NCBI GenBank assembly: GCA_963718525.1
Contig: OY970355.1
Span: 2,752,001 to 2,816,000, forward strand
From: Candidatus Dormiibacterota bacterium
Lineage (GTDB): Bacteria; Chloroflexota; Dormibacteria; Aeolococcales; Aeolococcaceae
Direction: 5' to 3'
Length of the DNA: 64,000 bases
Shown: piece after piece, positions 1-10,084 of the stretch
Position numbering within the stretch: the first letter of the stretch is position 1
Layout of the letters: every line of letters starts with the position of its first letter
Position numbers and translations under genes: made by a program
Notes under the pieces: generated by a model
Told to the model about the DNA's origin: nothing
Databases searched by the model: none
What the model saw: only the letters and a program-made list of their open reading frames with translations

Positions 1-817
1 CCAGGAAATTGAAGCGCAGCGCACCCATCTTCTCGACGAGTGAGCGACCAAAGGCGAGCGGGAGCCCGAAGATCGCAATCGATACGATCACATAGTAGGC
101 ATCGGAGAGCGCCGAGCCAGGGTGAATCGAGAGCAGGCTCGGGAGAGCGAAGCTATCCGTAGAGGGGGTCGCGACGAGGCCGACCGCGATGCTGAGCAGG
201 ACGTAGAGGACCACATCGTCGATGAGTGCGACGGTGAGGACCATGCGTGCAAACACAGTCCGCATCAAACCGAGATCGACGAGAATCCGTGAGATCACCG
301 GGATGCTGGCGACGGCGATACCGCACGAGAACACGATGAGCAGCGACGTGTGGTTCGCTGCAGAACCGATCAAGCCTCCCGGGTTGAGCACCAGCAAGAA
401 GGCAGCGCCGGCGGCGAACGGGATGAGGTTGCCGATCAGCGCGATCAGCGACGTTGTCCGCCCTTCTCCGCGCCGCCGATGGGACCGTAGGGTTGCCCCG
501 GCGCAATACATCAGGAGCAACTGACCCAGTTGGTAGATTGCCCCAAGTACGGTGGTGGTTGACGCCGACCCGCTGATGAGCTGATGCGAGAGATCGGGAC
601 TCAGCAGTCCGATCAAGGTGGGGCCAAGCGCTAGCCCGGCGATGATCTCGCCCGCCACCCGCGGCTGGCGCAGCTTTACAAAGAGGAAGCCGACGGAGTG
701 GACTGCGACCAGCAGAACGCTGAGCGTGAGGAGTAGATGCAGGGTGTCGCCGTTGCTGAAGCTCAAACTCACACCCGTCGGGACCGACGCGACCCCGCTG
801 CCGAACACCGGACTCAC
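1..817 (-). CDS. Cation:proton antiporter (CPA2/Kef-type), runs off the window edge
   Basis: Absent from the ORF track; translated by hand from GTG 817 after SD GGAGG: MSPVFG...LLLTLSVLLVAVHSVGFLFVKLRQPRVAGEIIAGLALGPTL, the typical CPA2 N-terminal motif. Confidence 0.85.
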   Translation of the reverse strand, partial: MSPVFGSGVASVPTGVSLSFSNGDTLHLLLTLSVLLVAVHSVGFLFVKLRQPRVAGEIIAGLALGPTLIGLLSPDLSHQLISGSASTTTVLGAIYQLGQLLLMYCAGATLRSHRRRGEGRTTSLIALIGNLIPFAAGAAFLLVLNPGGLIGSAANHTSLLIVFSCGIAVASIPVISRILVDLGLMRTVFARMVLTVALIDDVVLYVLLSIAVGLVATPSTDSFALPSLLSIHPGSALSDAYYVIVSIAIFGLPLAFGRSLVEKMGALRFNFL

Positions 818-1135
818 GGTGCCTCCCCCAACGCTGCTCCTTCCCCGCTACCACCGCGCGAACGGGGCAATCGCGTCACTTTAGCAGTTCGCCGCTGGCC
901 CCGCAACCCGAGATAGCTTCGCTGGTGACCCGGTGCGAAGTATCGAATCCAGCATCCATCTATCACGCCCTCGACGGCCGGCAGGTTCGCAACTCAACGG
1001 CCATCGGATCTTCGAGGCCTTCGAGAAAAACACCGCCGATGTTGATCGCCATCTGCTGCTGAGCTTGCAGTCGGACGACGGACGCTGAGCTGCTCAACCC
1101 TTGACCTTCCGTTGCAATGGGGCGGTGCCTCTACC

Positions 1136-1357
1136 TCAGAACCGCACCCGCGCTGCGGCTTGGAGGACGGCCTCGCTGGTCTTGCCCCGGTAGTGGAAGG
1201 CGACCATGTCGCTGCTGGCGTGGCCGAGCAGCTGCTGCAGATGGAGCATGAGCATGCCGGCATCGGCGCACCAGGTGCAGAACGTGTGCCGGAACCGATA
1301 CGCGTTGCACCTGATGCCGCTCGCCAACTCGCTGCACCCTACTTTCGGCGCACTCAA
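1136..1357 (-). pseudogene. C-terminal fragment of a tyrosine recombinase/integrase
   Basis: 73 aa with YRFRHTF...LQQLLGHASSDMVAFHY (box II R-H, LGH, Tyr). The N-terminal part is missing; it starts about 70 nt past the tRNA-Gly 3' end. Confidence 0.75.
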
Positions 1358-1429
1358 CGCAATGCAAAGTAAGGTGCTCAGCGGGTGTACGCGGATCGTA
1401 TGTATTCAATCCGGTCCCTCTAACGCGAC

Positions 1430-1504
1430 TGGAGCGGGAGACGAGGCTCGAACTCGCGACCCCTACCTTGGCAAGGTAGTGCTCTACCACTGAGCTACTC
1501 CCGC
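1430..1504 (-). tRNA. tRNA-Gly (GCC)
   Basis: Reverse complement GCGGGAGTAGCTCAGTGGTAGAGCACTACCTTGCCAAGGTAGGGGTCGCGAGTTCGAGCCTCGTCTCCCGCTCCA: cloverleaf, GCC anticodon, encoded CCA. Confidence 0.98.
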
Positions 1505-1559
1505 TCGCTTCGCGCGAAGGGCAGAGTATATCGGCGCCGCCGCCCGGCACCTGACCGAT

Positions 1560-2201
1560 TCAGACCGGGTGTGCCGCCTCGAGCCGCTGCGACGCTATCC
1601 ATCGATCGAGCACTGGTCCAGACTCGAACGACGTGATCAGCGCATATCGCGGACCCGGGCCGGGGTTGTGTACGACGTGATACAGCCGCTCAGTGTCGAT
1701 CACGAGTTGACGGCGCGGATGGAGCGGGATGCGGCTCTCCGTCGAGGGATCGTCGCGAACCTCGCGCAGGACGAACTCTGAGCCCTCGGGAGCGTTGAGC
1801 TCGAGCCAGGACCGGACCACCCAGCCCTCGCCGTCGGGGTTGAGCCGGTTGTTGTCGTCCTGGTGGAGCTGGCGCAATGCATCGGCCTCCGACGAGGGAT
1901 TGAGCTTGATCACCCGGACCCGTCCGTACCTCGCTCCTACGGCCTCGACGTAGCTGCATAGTGTCGGGGCGATCTCGCGGTTGGCCGTCCAGATACCGTC
2001 CTTATCCGGCTTGCCGTGATCCCAGAAGCCGGCGCATTCCATCTCGCCCTTCGCCGATGCGAGCGGCGCGAAGTTGGTGTCGCCGCCGGATTTCCAGTCG
2101 ACATACTCGAGGCGCTCCCACTCCTCCGGGGGGATGGCCGGGCCGTCGCCAAGGATGGCGAATCCCTTCTCGGCGAGCACGTCGAGTTTGGTGTGAGCCA
2201 T
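1560..2201 (-). CDS. Putative Fe(II)/2-oxoglutarate oxygenase (Asp/Asn beta-hydroxylase-like)
   Basis: H-x-D (LHQDD), distal H (LYHVVHN) and R (PRYALI); ATG 2201 follows GAGG. Confidence 0.6.
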   Translation of the reverse strand: MAHTKLDVLAEKGFAILGDGPAIPPEEWERLEYVDWKSGGDTNFAPLASAKGEMECAGFWDHGKPDKDGIWTANREIAPTLCSYVEAVGARYGRVRVIKLNPSSEADALRQLHQDDNNRLNPDGEGWVVRSWLELNAPEGSEFVLREVRDDPSTESRIPLHPRRQLVIDTERLYHVVHNPGPGPRYALITSFESGPVLDRWIASQRLEAAHPV

Positions 2202-2311
2202 GGAACTACCTCTCAATGTCTGGACGCAGTGCGGCGGACGCCGAATCAGTCGCTAAGGCTACACGCGGGTACGGGTCGTGGCACATCCCAGGCCCGATAA
2301 GCTGGCTCTCG

Positions 2312-3088
2312 GTGACAGATGACCTGGCGCTCGCCCTCGAACTCGCTGATGTCGCCGACAAGATCTCGATGGAGCGCTTCCGAGCTCACGATCTCAAGAT
2401 CGACGCCAAGCCAGACCTCTCACCGGTGACGGAGGCCGATCGGGCCATCGAAACGTACGCCCGGGATCGGATTGGCGCCGCGCATCCGGACCATGCGATC
2501 ATCGGCGAGGAGTTCGGCGTGGTGGGTGATCGCGGCGCCACCTGGCGGTGGGTGATCGACCCGATCGACGGGACCCGGAGCTTCGTCCGGGGCAACGAGA
2601 CGTGGGCGACCCTGATCGCCCTCCAGCGCGATGGCGAATCCGTCGTGGGAGTGGCGTCGGCGCCCGCGATGCGGCTGCGGTTCCACGCAACCCTCGGCGG
2701 CGGGTCGTTTCTCAATGGACGCCGCATCCACGTGTCGAGGATTTCGGACATCTCCGAAGCCCTGATCACGCACACCGCTCTCCGCGGGTTCGTGATCACC
2801 AAGCAGGCGGAGAAGCTCGTCGCACTCGCCGGTCGGTGCTGGGACGCGCGCGGCTTGGGCAACTCGATGTCGCACCTCGCGGTGGCTCGGGGAACTGCCG
2901 ATATCGGCTGGACGTCACGTGCGAACCTCTGGGACTACGCTGCGCTCAAGCTCGTCGTGGCCGAAGCAGGCGGCCGGTTTACGGACCGGAGCGGTGACGA
3001 CCCGGTGCTCGGCGGTAGCGGCATCTCGTCGAATGGGGTGCTTCACGACCTCGTCCTCGAGGCGGCCGGCTACCCGCCATCGGCGTGA
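2312..3088 (+). CDS. hisN: Histidinol-phosphatase, inositol monophosphatase family
   Basis: SPVTEADR, GEEFG, WVIDPIDGT and WDYAA motifs; GTG start inferred. Confidence 0.75.
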   Translation: MTDDLALALELADVADKISMERFRAHDLKIDAKPDLSPVTEADRAIETYARDRIGAAHPDHAIIGEEFGVVGDRGATWRWVIDPIDGTRSFVRGNETWATLIALQRDGESVVGVASAPAMRLRFHATLGGGSFLNGRRIHVSRISDISEALITHTALRGFVITKQAEKLVALAGRCWDARGLGNSMSHLAVARGTADIGWTSRANLWDYAALKLVVAEAGGRFTDRSGDDPVLGGSGISSNGVLHDLVLEAAGYPPSA

Positions 3089-3163
3089 TGTGGTGATCGG
3101 CCGTTGCGGCGCCGTCGCGCGCACGCCGGCTGGCAACCTCATAGGTGTCCTAGCACAACACCT

Positions 3164-5143
3164 CTAAAGGTGAATGCCTCGCATCAGCATCCCGAGGGCG
3201 TACGCCTCTGGCGTAACCGGCTGCTCGCCGGGGTCATTGTCCCCATGCGACTGTGACGCATTGTCTGGAAGCATCTGGAATGCGCCGGCCATGATCAGTT
3301 GATGGACGTTGGGCGCAATGGCGTGCACGAGTTCACCGAATTTCCCAACCCGTGTCGACACCTCGTGGGGTCGCTTGATGAGCGCCTCGATCACCATATC
3401 CGCAGCCTCATCGGAGCTGATCGTCGGGAAATTCTTGTACATCCCGGTGGGCGCGATCATCGGCGTGCGCACCAACGGCATGTGAATCGTCGTGACCGCG
3501 ATGCCCTCCCCCGCAACCTCCGGCGCGAAGCACCGCGAGAACGCATCCAGCGCGTTCTTGCTCGCGACATACGCCGCAAAACGTGGTGGATACGCCTGTC
3601 CCCCAATGGACGTGATATTGACGATGTGCCCGTCCTGGCGCTCGCGCATTCCCGAGATCACAGCCATGATCAACGCGATCGCGCCGAAGTAATTCAGCTT
3701 CATCGTCCGCTCGAAATCGTGGAAGCGATCGAGCGAGTCGAGAACGGAGCGCCTGATCGACCGCCCGGCGTTGTTGATGAGCACGTCGACGCGGCCGTGA
3801 TCGGCGATCACACGCTCGATGAGGTGCGTGCACGCATCGTGGTCGCTGAGGTCGGTCGGATACATATATGCCCTGCCCCCGCCGCGCTCGACCTCGGCGC
3901 GCACCTCCTCGAGTTGTTCCTCGCGCCGGGCAACGCCGATGATCGTCGCTCCCGACGCCGCAAGGTGTTTGCACACGGCCCGTCCGATGCCACTCGAAGC
4001 GCCGGTGATGACCACGACCTTGCCACTGACGACGCGACGCACGTTCGCGGGAGTCGGCAGTTGCGGGTCGAGATGTCGCTCCCAGTAGTCCCACACCTTC
4101 CACGCGTAATCGTGCAGCGGCGGGCAGGTCACCCCGCTGCCCGCGAGCGCGGCCTGCGCCTCGCTCGCGTCGAAGGTGGCCGGATAGTCCATGTAGGTAA
4201 ACGCCGCCTCGGGGATGCCCAGACGCGACAGGGCCTGCTGGCGCATGCGCTGCACGGCGGGCAACGACCCGATTGCCGACAGTCCGCCGGGAAGCATGCG
4301 TGCCATGCGCCGGTCGATGCGCAGCGCGAATTCCGGAGCGTGCGCGGCTCTGCAGAAGGTGTTGAGCGTGTCGCCGAGCGACAGCGGCGCAGGGTCGACG
4401 ATGTGAAACGCGCGACCGTCGAGACCCTCGAGGTGCGCGATGTGGTCGATCGCTTTCGCGACAAAGTCGACTGGGACAAGGTTGAACGGGCCGCCCTCGG
4501 GGCCGATGAACGGCGCCCACTGCGGGAAGGCGTCGCGCATCTGCTGGATGAGCTTGAACGCGTAATACGGACCGTCGACGCGATCCGCCTCGCCGGTCTC
4601 CGACGAGCCGATGACCATACCGGGGCGGTAGACGCGCCAGGGCACCGTGGCCTCGGTGCGCACGATGTGCTCGGCCTCGTGCTTTGTCTTGTAGTAGGGG
4701 TGGTCGAGCTCCTGGCCCTCGTCGAACATCGCCTCGGTGAAGGACCCCTTGTACCGCCCGGCGACGGCAATCGAGCTCACCAAATGGAGGCAGCCGGCGC
4801 CGATCTCATTCGCGAGGCCGACGACGTTGCGCGTGCCGGTGACATTGGCGCGCTCCGTCTCGTCGGCCGGCGCCGTCAGGTCGTAGATGGCCGCGAGATG
4901 GAACACCTGACCGCCACGGAGCTGCTCGCGATCATCGACGGCCAGGGCAAGGCCGGGCTCGCCGAGATCACCGATCAGCGCATGCAGCCGTTTGCCGCCT
5001 GGATCGAGACGCTCGCGGAGCGCGGCATATCGGGCGCGTGAACCGGGACGCACCAGCACGAAGACGTTGTCGCCTCTCGCGAGGAGCAGCGGCACGAGGT
5101 GCCGGCCGATGAACCCGGTCGCCCCCGTGATGAAGTACGTCAC
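3164..5143 (-). CDS. Two-domain SDR oxidoreductase (fatty acyl-CoA reductase-like)
   Basis: N-terminal extended SDR (TGATGFIG, YxxxK) fused to a classical SDR (TGASSGIG, NNAGRS, YVASK). Confidence 0.85.
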   Translation of the reverse strand: MTYFITGATGFIGRHLVPLLLARGDNVFVLVRPGSRARYAALRERLDPGGKRLHALIGDLGEPGLALAVDDREQLRGGQVFHLAAIYDLTAPADETERANVTGTRNVVGLANEIGAGCLHLVSSIAVAGRYKGSFTEAMFDEGQELDHPYYKTKHEAEHIVRTEATVPWRVYRPGMVIGSSETGEADRVDGPYYAFKLIQQMRDAFPQWAPFIGPEGGPFNLVPVDFVAKAIDHIAHLEGLDGRAFHIVDPAPLSLGDTLNTFCRAAHAPEFALRIDRRMARMLPGGLSAIGSLPAVQRMRQQALSRLGIPEAAFTYMDYPATFDASEAQAALAGSGVTCPPLHDYAWKVWDYWERHLDPQLPTPANVRRVVSGKVVVITGASSGIGRAVCKHLAASGATIIGVARREEQLEEVRAEVERGGGRAYMYPTDLSDHDACTHLIERVIADHGRVDVLINNAGRSIRRSVLDSLDRFHDFERTMKLNYFGAIALIMAVISGMRERQDGHIVNITSIGGQAYPPRFAAYVASKNALDAFSRCFAPEVAGEGIAVTTIHMPLVRTPMIAPTGMYKNFPTISSDEAADMVIEALIKRPHEVSTRVGKFGELVHAIAPNVHQLIMAGAFQMLPDNASQSHGDNDPGEQPVTPEAYALGMLMRGIHL

Positions 5144-5184
5144 GCGGCCGACAATAGCTTTTTAGGACAATCGGAGACAGAGCC

Positions 5185-6351
5185 ATGCCTGAGCCGGTCA
5201 TCGTCGCCCTTGGCAGGTCCCCCATCGGACGCGCGATGAAGGGTTCGCTGGTCAACGTCCGCCCGGATGACCTCGCCGCGAGCGTGGTCACACAGGTGCT
5301 GGATCGTCTTCCACAACTGGATCGTTCGACGATCGACGACCTCATCTGCGGCTGCGGGCTCCCCGGCGGCGAGCAGGGCTTCAACCTCGGTCGCGTGATC
5401 AGCATCCTCACGCGCATCAACACCCCCGGCACCACCATCACCCGCTACTGCGCGTCGTCGCTTCAGACGACACGCATGGCTGCGCACGCGATCCGTGCCG
5501 GTGAGGGCGACGTCTTTCTGAGCGTCGGCGTCGAGTGCGTGTCGCGGTTCGTGAACGGCTCCAGCGACATGCCCCAGTGCCGCAATGAACGTCTCGAACC
5601 GGGCAACACCGAGGGCTACCCGGACATCTACATCGCGATGGGCCAGACGGCGGAGAACGTCGCGGCTCGCGAGGAGATCTCACGCGAGGAGATGGACCGG
5701 TTCGCGCTGCGCAGCCAGCAGCGCGCGGTCGCGTCCCAGGACGACGGCTTCTTCGCTCGAGAAATCGTGCCGATCGAACTGCCCGACGGCGCCGGGACCC
5801 TGACGAAGGATGACGGTCCACGCCGCGAGACAACGCTCGAGAAGCTCGCGGAGCTGAAACCGGTATTCCGCGAGAACGGCACCGTCACCGCGGGAAATGC
5901 ATGTCCGCTGAATGACGGCGCTGCCGCAGTGGTGATCATGTCGGACACCCGGGCGCGCGAACTCGGCATCACGCCGCTTGCCCGGATCGTCTCGACGGGA
6001 TTGACCTCACTCGAACCTGAGTTCATGGGGCTGGGGCCGATCGAAGCATCGCAGCAAGCGCTCGCGCGCGCGCGCATGACCATCAACGACGTCAATATCG
6101 TCGAGATCAATGAAGCCTTTGCAGCCCAGGTGATTCCGTCCGCTCGCGGGATCGGGCTGGATCCGTTCGACGATCGCCTCAACCCCCATGGCGGGGCGAT
6201 CGCCCTCGGTCATCCCTTCGGCATGACCGGCGCCCGGATCCTCTGCACCCTGTTGAACGATCTCCAGACTGCGAACGCCACGATCGGCCTCGAGACCATG
6301 TGCGTGGGCGGTGGCCAGGGCATGGCGATGATCGTCGAACGCCTGAACTGA
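5185..6351 (+). CDS. Acetyl-CoA C-acyltransferase (thiolase)
   Basis: RYCASS, NEAFA, GHPFG and CVGGG motifs. Confidence 0.95.
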   Translation: MPEPVIVALGRSPIGRAMKGSLVNVRPDDLAASVVTQVLDRLPQLDRSTIDDLICGCGLPGGEQGFNLGRVISILTRINTPGTTITRYCASSLQTTRMAAHAIRAGEGDVFLSVGVECVSRFVNGSSDMPQCRNERLEPGNTEGYPDIYIAMGQTAENVAAREEISREEMDRFALRSQQRAVASQDDGFFAREIVPIELPDGAGTLTKDDGPRRETTLEKLAELKPVFRENGTVTAGNACPLNDGAAAVVIMSDTRARELGITPLARIVSTGLTSLEPEFMGLGPIEASQQALARARMTINDVNIVEINEAFAAQVIPSARGIGLDPFDDRLNPHGGAIALGHPFGMTGARILCTLLNDLQTANATIGLETMCVGGGQGMAMIVERLN

Positions 6352-6360
6352 GGCGACGAG

Positions 6361-7617
6361 TTAGAGCGCCACTCCGGTCCGGGGTCGTACGGACCTGCCC
6401 GGGATCACCACTTCCACGTCCGCCGGGGCGGTTGGATTGACAGTCCGGCGGCGTGGGGGACGGCTTGCCAGGATGATCGCCGCCAGCGCCTCGACGAGCC
6501 CGTCAGCCTCTCGCCGATCCAGGATGAGCGGGGCCAGGATGCGAACGCTCCCGGTGCCGGCGGGCAGCGTGAGGATGCCCCGTTGCTCGAGACGGCGCAG
6601 CAGGAGCGGGGCGTTGAGGCTAGTCTCAACCGCCACCATCGCACCACAACCGCGGACTTCGCGGATCTCGCCAAGGCGAAGCGCCCGCAGGCGGCTCTGC
6701 AGCCGCTCCGACGAGAGATCGGCGAGTGTCCGGAGCGTGGGGCTGAGCGCGGTGCGGATGGTCGCATTGGCTGCCGCGCACACCAGTGGCGGGCACGCCT
6801 CCTCATGATCGCGTCGCGCCACCCGCGCCCGACGCGAGATCGACGGACCCACTGCGATGACACCGAAGGGCATGCCATTGGCCAAAGATGACCCAAGACA
6901 CACGATGTCCGGGCCCACACCTCGCGCACCGGACGCCAGGGTTGGTCCCATGCGCAGCGCGGTCCGGACCTCATCGACGACGAGGAGTGCACCACTGCCC
7001 CTGCACAGCTCCCCGACTGAGGCGAGATAGCCCTCGTCCGGGACCCGGATTCCGGCCTCAACCTGCACGGGCTCGATGAGCACCGCGGCAACGCGGTCGT
7101 CGAGCTGGGCACGAAGCGCATCGAGATCGCCGAATGGCACGCGTACGACCTCGAGGGTCCTGCCTGCGATCTCGCCGAGGCGCCGACCGCTGCTGGCGCC
7201 TCGTCCACCGATGCCCGACCCATGGTCTGAGCGCTGCATGGCGATCAGGCGTGATCGATTTGACGCCGACGCAACCCACGTGATTGCCAGATCGACAGCC
7301 GCCGACCCGGACGCTGTGAAGCTCACGTGCGTCAACGGGACCGGAATGATGAAGCTGAGCGCCTCGAGAAGCTCCTCGCGGAGGTCGTAGTCGAACCCCG
7401 GTGGGACGCCGCTGAATGCCGTCAGCTGCGCGGTGATCGCTTCGTTGATTCGAGGGTGGTTGTGCCCGAGGAGCGTGGTGCCACCGCTCGAGGTGAGATC
7501 AAGGTATTGGCGATCCTCGTCGTCCCACACGTATGCCCCGTCACCTCGAATGAGGCGTAGGTCGCGTGATGTGCAACTCAACTCATTGAGCCACCGATCT
7601 GGGAGTACCGCAGTCAC
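6361..7617 (-). CDS. Class III aminotransferase homolog (ArgD/LysJ-like) lacking the PLP lysine
   Basis: GDGAYVWD, LGHNHP, IEPVQ, DEV and EVRGCG are present; the Lys motif reads DIVCLGSSLANG. Confidence 0.75.
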   Translation of the reverse strand: MTAVLPDRWLNELSCTSRDLRLIRGDGAYVWDDEDRQYLDLTSSGGTTLLGHNHPRINEAITAQLTAFSGVPPGFDYDLREELLEALSFIIPVPLTHVSFTASGSAAVDLAITWVASASNRSRLIAMQRSDHGSGIGGRGASSGRRLGEIAGRTLEVVRVPFGDLDALRAQLDDRVAAVLIEPVQVEAGIRVPDEGYLASVGELCRGSGALLVVDEVRTALRMGPTLASGARGVGPDIVCLGSSLANGMPFGVIAVGPSISRRARVARRDHEEACPPLVCAAANATIRTALSPTLRTLADLSSERLQSRLRALRLGEIREVRGCGAMVAVETSLNAPLLLRRLEQRGILTLPAGTGSVRILAPLILDRREADGLVEALAAIILASRPPRRRTVNPTAPADVEVVIPGRSVRPRTGVAL

Positions 7618-7816
7618 CCAAGAACCTCCGCTATGTGCGCTAGCGTACCTCCGCCAAAGGTCACGTGCCCATCTGCTTTACAGAGTGCCGTGTTGCGCAG
7701 TACTCTCCGTTTGACCCGCCAGCGTCGTGCGACGCGTTCGCGAGTCCGGGGGGATGGGAGCACTTACTTGGGGGGCCGACGTTCGGGGGAGCGTCGGCCT
7801 CATTCTTATTGGAACG

Positions 7817-8647
7817 CTACCCGCCGACCTCGACCGGACGGGCCGGGTCGGTGATCCACTCGCTCCAGGATCCGGCGTAGAGCGCCGCATCGATGCCGGC
7901 GAGGCCCATCGCGAAGACGCCCTCAGTCGCGACGACCCCGGACCCGCAGTAGACGGCCACCTGTTCGCCCGGCGCAACTCCGATCACGGCGTAGCGGTCC
8001 CGCAACGCTTCCGGGGAGAAGAAGGTGCCGTCAGAGTGCTGAGTCTGCTGAGCAGGAAGGTTGCGAGCGCCTGGAATATGGCCCGCGATCGGGTCGACCA
8101 GCTCGATCTCACCGCGGAAGCGCTCCGGGGCGCGCGCATCCACCAGGACCCCGGTTCGCGCCATCGTCGCCGCACCCTCGGCGTCGAGCAGCGGCATACC
8201 GCCGGGAATCGCAACGAAGTCGCCGGCGACGGGACCCGAATCAACGCCCTCCTCCACCGGGAGCCCCGCCGCCGTCCATGCCGCATAGCCGCCATCGAGC
8301 AGGGCGACGTTGCTGTGGCCGAAGTACCGCAGCAGCCACCACGCTCGCGCCGCCGAGGTGCTGGTCGCGGCGTCGTACACGACGACCGGGCGCGAACGAT
8401 CCACGCCGTGGCGCCGCATCGCCGCGCCAAATGAGGCAGCGTCCGGCAATGGATGGCGTCCCGGACCCGGCGTCCCGCTGAGCTCACGGTCAAGATCGAC
8501 GAACTGAGCGCCTGGGATGTGGCCCGATCGGAAGTCACCCTCGCCTGAGGGCCCTCCCAGTGTCCAGCGCACATCGAGCACGACGGGCGGGTGGTCGGTC
8601 GCAATTCGTGCTTCGAGTTCGTGACAATCGATCAGGAGCGATACCAT
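7817..8647 (-). CDS. Sulfurtransferase (SseA/3-mercaptopyruvate type)
   Basis: GHIPGA twice, GRHPLP, CGSG active loop, YAGSWSEW. Confidence 0.9.
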   Translation of the reverse strand: MVSLLIDCHELEARIATDHPPVVLDVRWTLGGPSGEGDFRSGHIPGAQFVDLDRELSGTPGPGRHPLPDAASFGAAMRRHGVDRSRPVVVYDAATSTSAARAWWLLRYFGHSNVALLDGGYAAWTAAGLPVEEGVDSGPVAGDFVAIPGGMPLLDAEGAATMARTGVLVDARAPERFRGEIELVDPIAGHIPGARNLPAQQTQHSDGTFFSPEALRDRYAVIGVAPGEQVAVYCGSGVVATEGVFAMGLAGIDAALYAGSWSEWITDPARPVEVGG

Positions 8648-8766
8648 TGCTACAGGATCCCCCAGTGACGCGGGCGGACGAAACCTCAGAGAGGGCGATG
8701 GCGTTACCTGTCCGACTGCCGCGTGCAATCGCGTCATGAGACCGAACAATGGTACGGTGGAGATGC

Positions 8767-10053
8767 ATGGCTGACCAGACTTGGCGGAGCCGCGGAGGCC
8801 TATTGCTCGCTGGAGGTGTTGCCCTCGGCGGATTGCTCCTCACGTCGTGTGCGCTGCCGGGTACGTCGACGTCACCTGGCAGCATCGGAACCATCCACGT
8901 GGCTGGACCGCCCGCCGTCGCCGCCCCTCCAACCATCGTCGTGACCCCTTCAAACTCCGCACAGGGCGTGGGCCTTGACGCTCCGGTGGTTGTGACCGTC
9001 AGCACCGGCCACCTCGACACCGTCGCATTGAGCGAGGCCGGCTCGTCGACAGCGTTCCCGGGTGTCCTTGCGCCGGACGGCCAGTCCTGGGAAATGACCC
9101 AGCCGCTCGACCAGGGCGCGCATTACACAGTTGTCGCCACCGCCACGAGCACCGCCGGTTCCACATCGACGTCGACGTCGACGTTCGTCACCACCACGGC
9201 AAAGGGCCGCCTGCTGACCGGGATGACCCCGCTCGACGGGGCGGTCGTCGGCGTCGGTGAGACCATCGATCTGCGCTTCAACACCTCCATCCCCGCGAGC
9301 GAGCGCGCCGCTCTGCTCGAGCGCATCCAGGTCACGTCAACGCCGGCAGTTATGGGCGGCTGGCACTGGCTCACCGCGAACGTCGTCCACTTCCGCCCCG
9401 CCACGTTCTGGCCGTCAGGCACCAAGGTCACGGTCACTGCGAACCTGAAAGGGTTCAACGCGGGGAACGGGATCTGGGGCCTCGCCGGATGGACATCGAG
9501 CTTCAGCGTCGGCGCGAAGCACCTGTCGATCATCAACAACCTCACGCACACCATGCAGGTGTTCAACAACGACAAGCTGATCGCGACCTATCCGGTGAGC
9601 CTCGGCAAGGGCGGCTTCGCCACCATCCAGGGGACCTTGATCGTCCTCTACAAGACGCCGGTCGTTGTCATGAAGTCCTGTCCGACGTTCCATACGCCGG
9701 CCGCCTGCATTCCCGGTGGCGCTCAGTATTACGACGATCCGGTATACGAAGACACGGCCATCTCGACGAGCGGGTATTTCATTCACGCGGCGCCGTGGTC
9801 GGTGGGCTCACAGGGTCGGGCTGACGTGTCGCACGGTTGCGTGAACCTGAGCAACGCTCGCGCCACCACGTTCTACAACTGGAGCATCCCCGGCGACGTC
9901 GTCCAGATCGAGAACACCGGATACAACGCGAGCTATTCCGACGGCGAGGGCGACTGGCAGCTGCCATTCGCAGCCTTCTCGAACACCGCTGGACTTGGTG
10001 CGGTGTGGACTGCTCCCGTCAGCGTCGCCTCCCTGCCCGGCCAGGTCTCCTGA
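8767..10053 (+). CDS. L,D-transpeptidase lipoprotein with Ig-like domains
   Basis: Lipobox-like LTSC; YkuD motif IHAAPWSVGSQGRADVSHGCVNL. Confidence 0.9.
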   Translation: MADQTWRSRGGLLLAGGVALGGLLLTSCALPGTSTSPGSIGTIHVAGPPAVAAPPTIVVTPSNSAQGVGLDAPVVVTVSTGHLDTVALSEAGSSTAFPGVLAPDGQSWEMTQPLDQGAHYTVVATATSTAGSTSTSTSTFVTTTAKGRLLTGMTPLDGAVVGVGETIDLRFNTSIPASERAALLERIQVTSTPAVMGGWHWLTANVVHFRPATFWPSGTKVTVTANLKGFNAGNGIWGLAGWTSSFSVGAKHLSIINNLTHTMQVFNNDKLIATYPVSLGKGGFATIQGTLIVLYKTPVVVMKSCPTFHTPAACIPGGAQYYDDPVYEDTAISTSGYFIHAAPWSVGSQGRADVSHGCVNLSNARATTFYNWSIPGDVVQIENTGYNASYSDGEGDWQLPFAAFSNTAGLGAVWTAPVSVASLPGQVS

Positions 10054-10084
10054 CCACCGCTCCGGCCGGCCAGGGCTGCTGAGG

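Noticed and set aside
912-944. Imperfect hairpin upstream of the antiporter as a riboswitch
   Set aside because: No recognisable aptamer consensus; a covariance-model search would be needed.
3299-5041. Long antisense ORFs (also 14966-16606, 55916-57175 and others)
   Set aside because: Typical high-GC shadow frames opposite well-supported genes.
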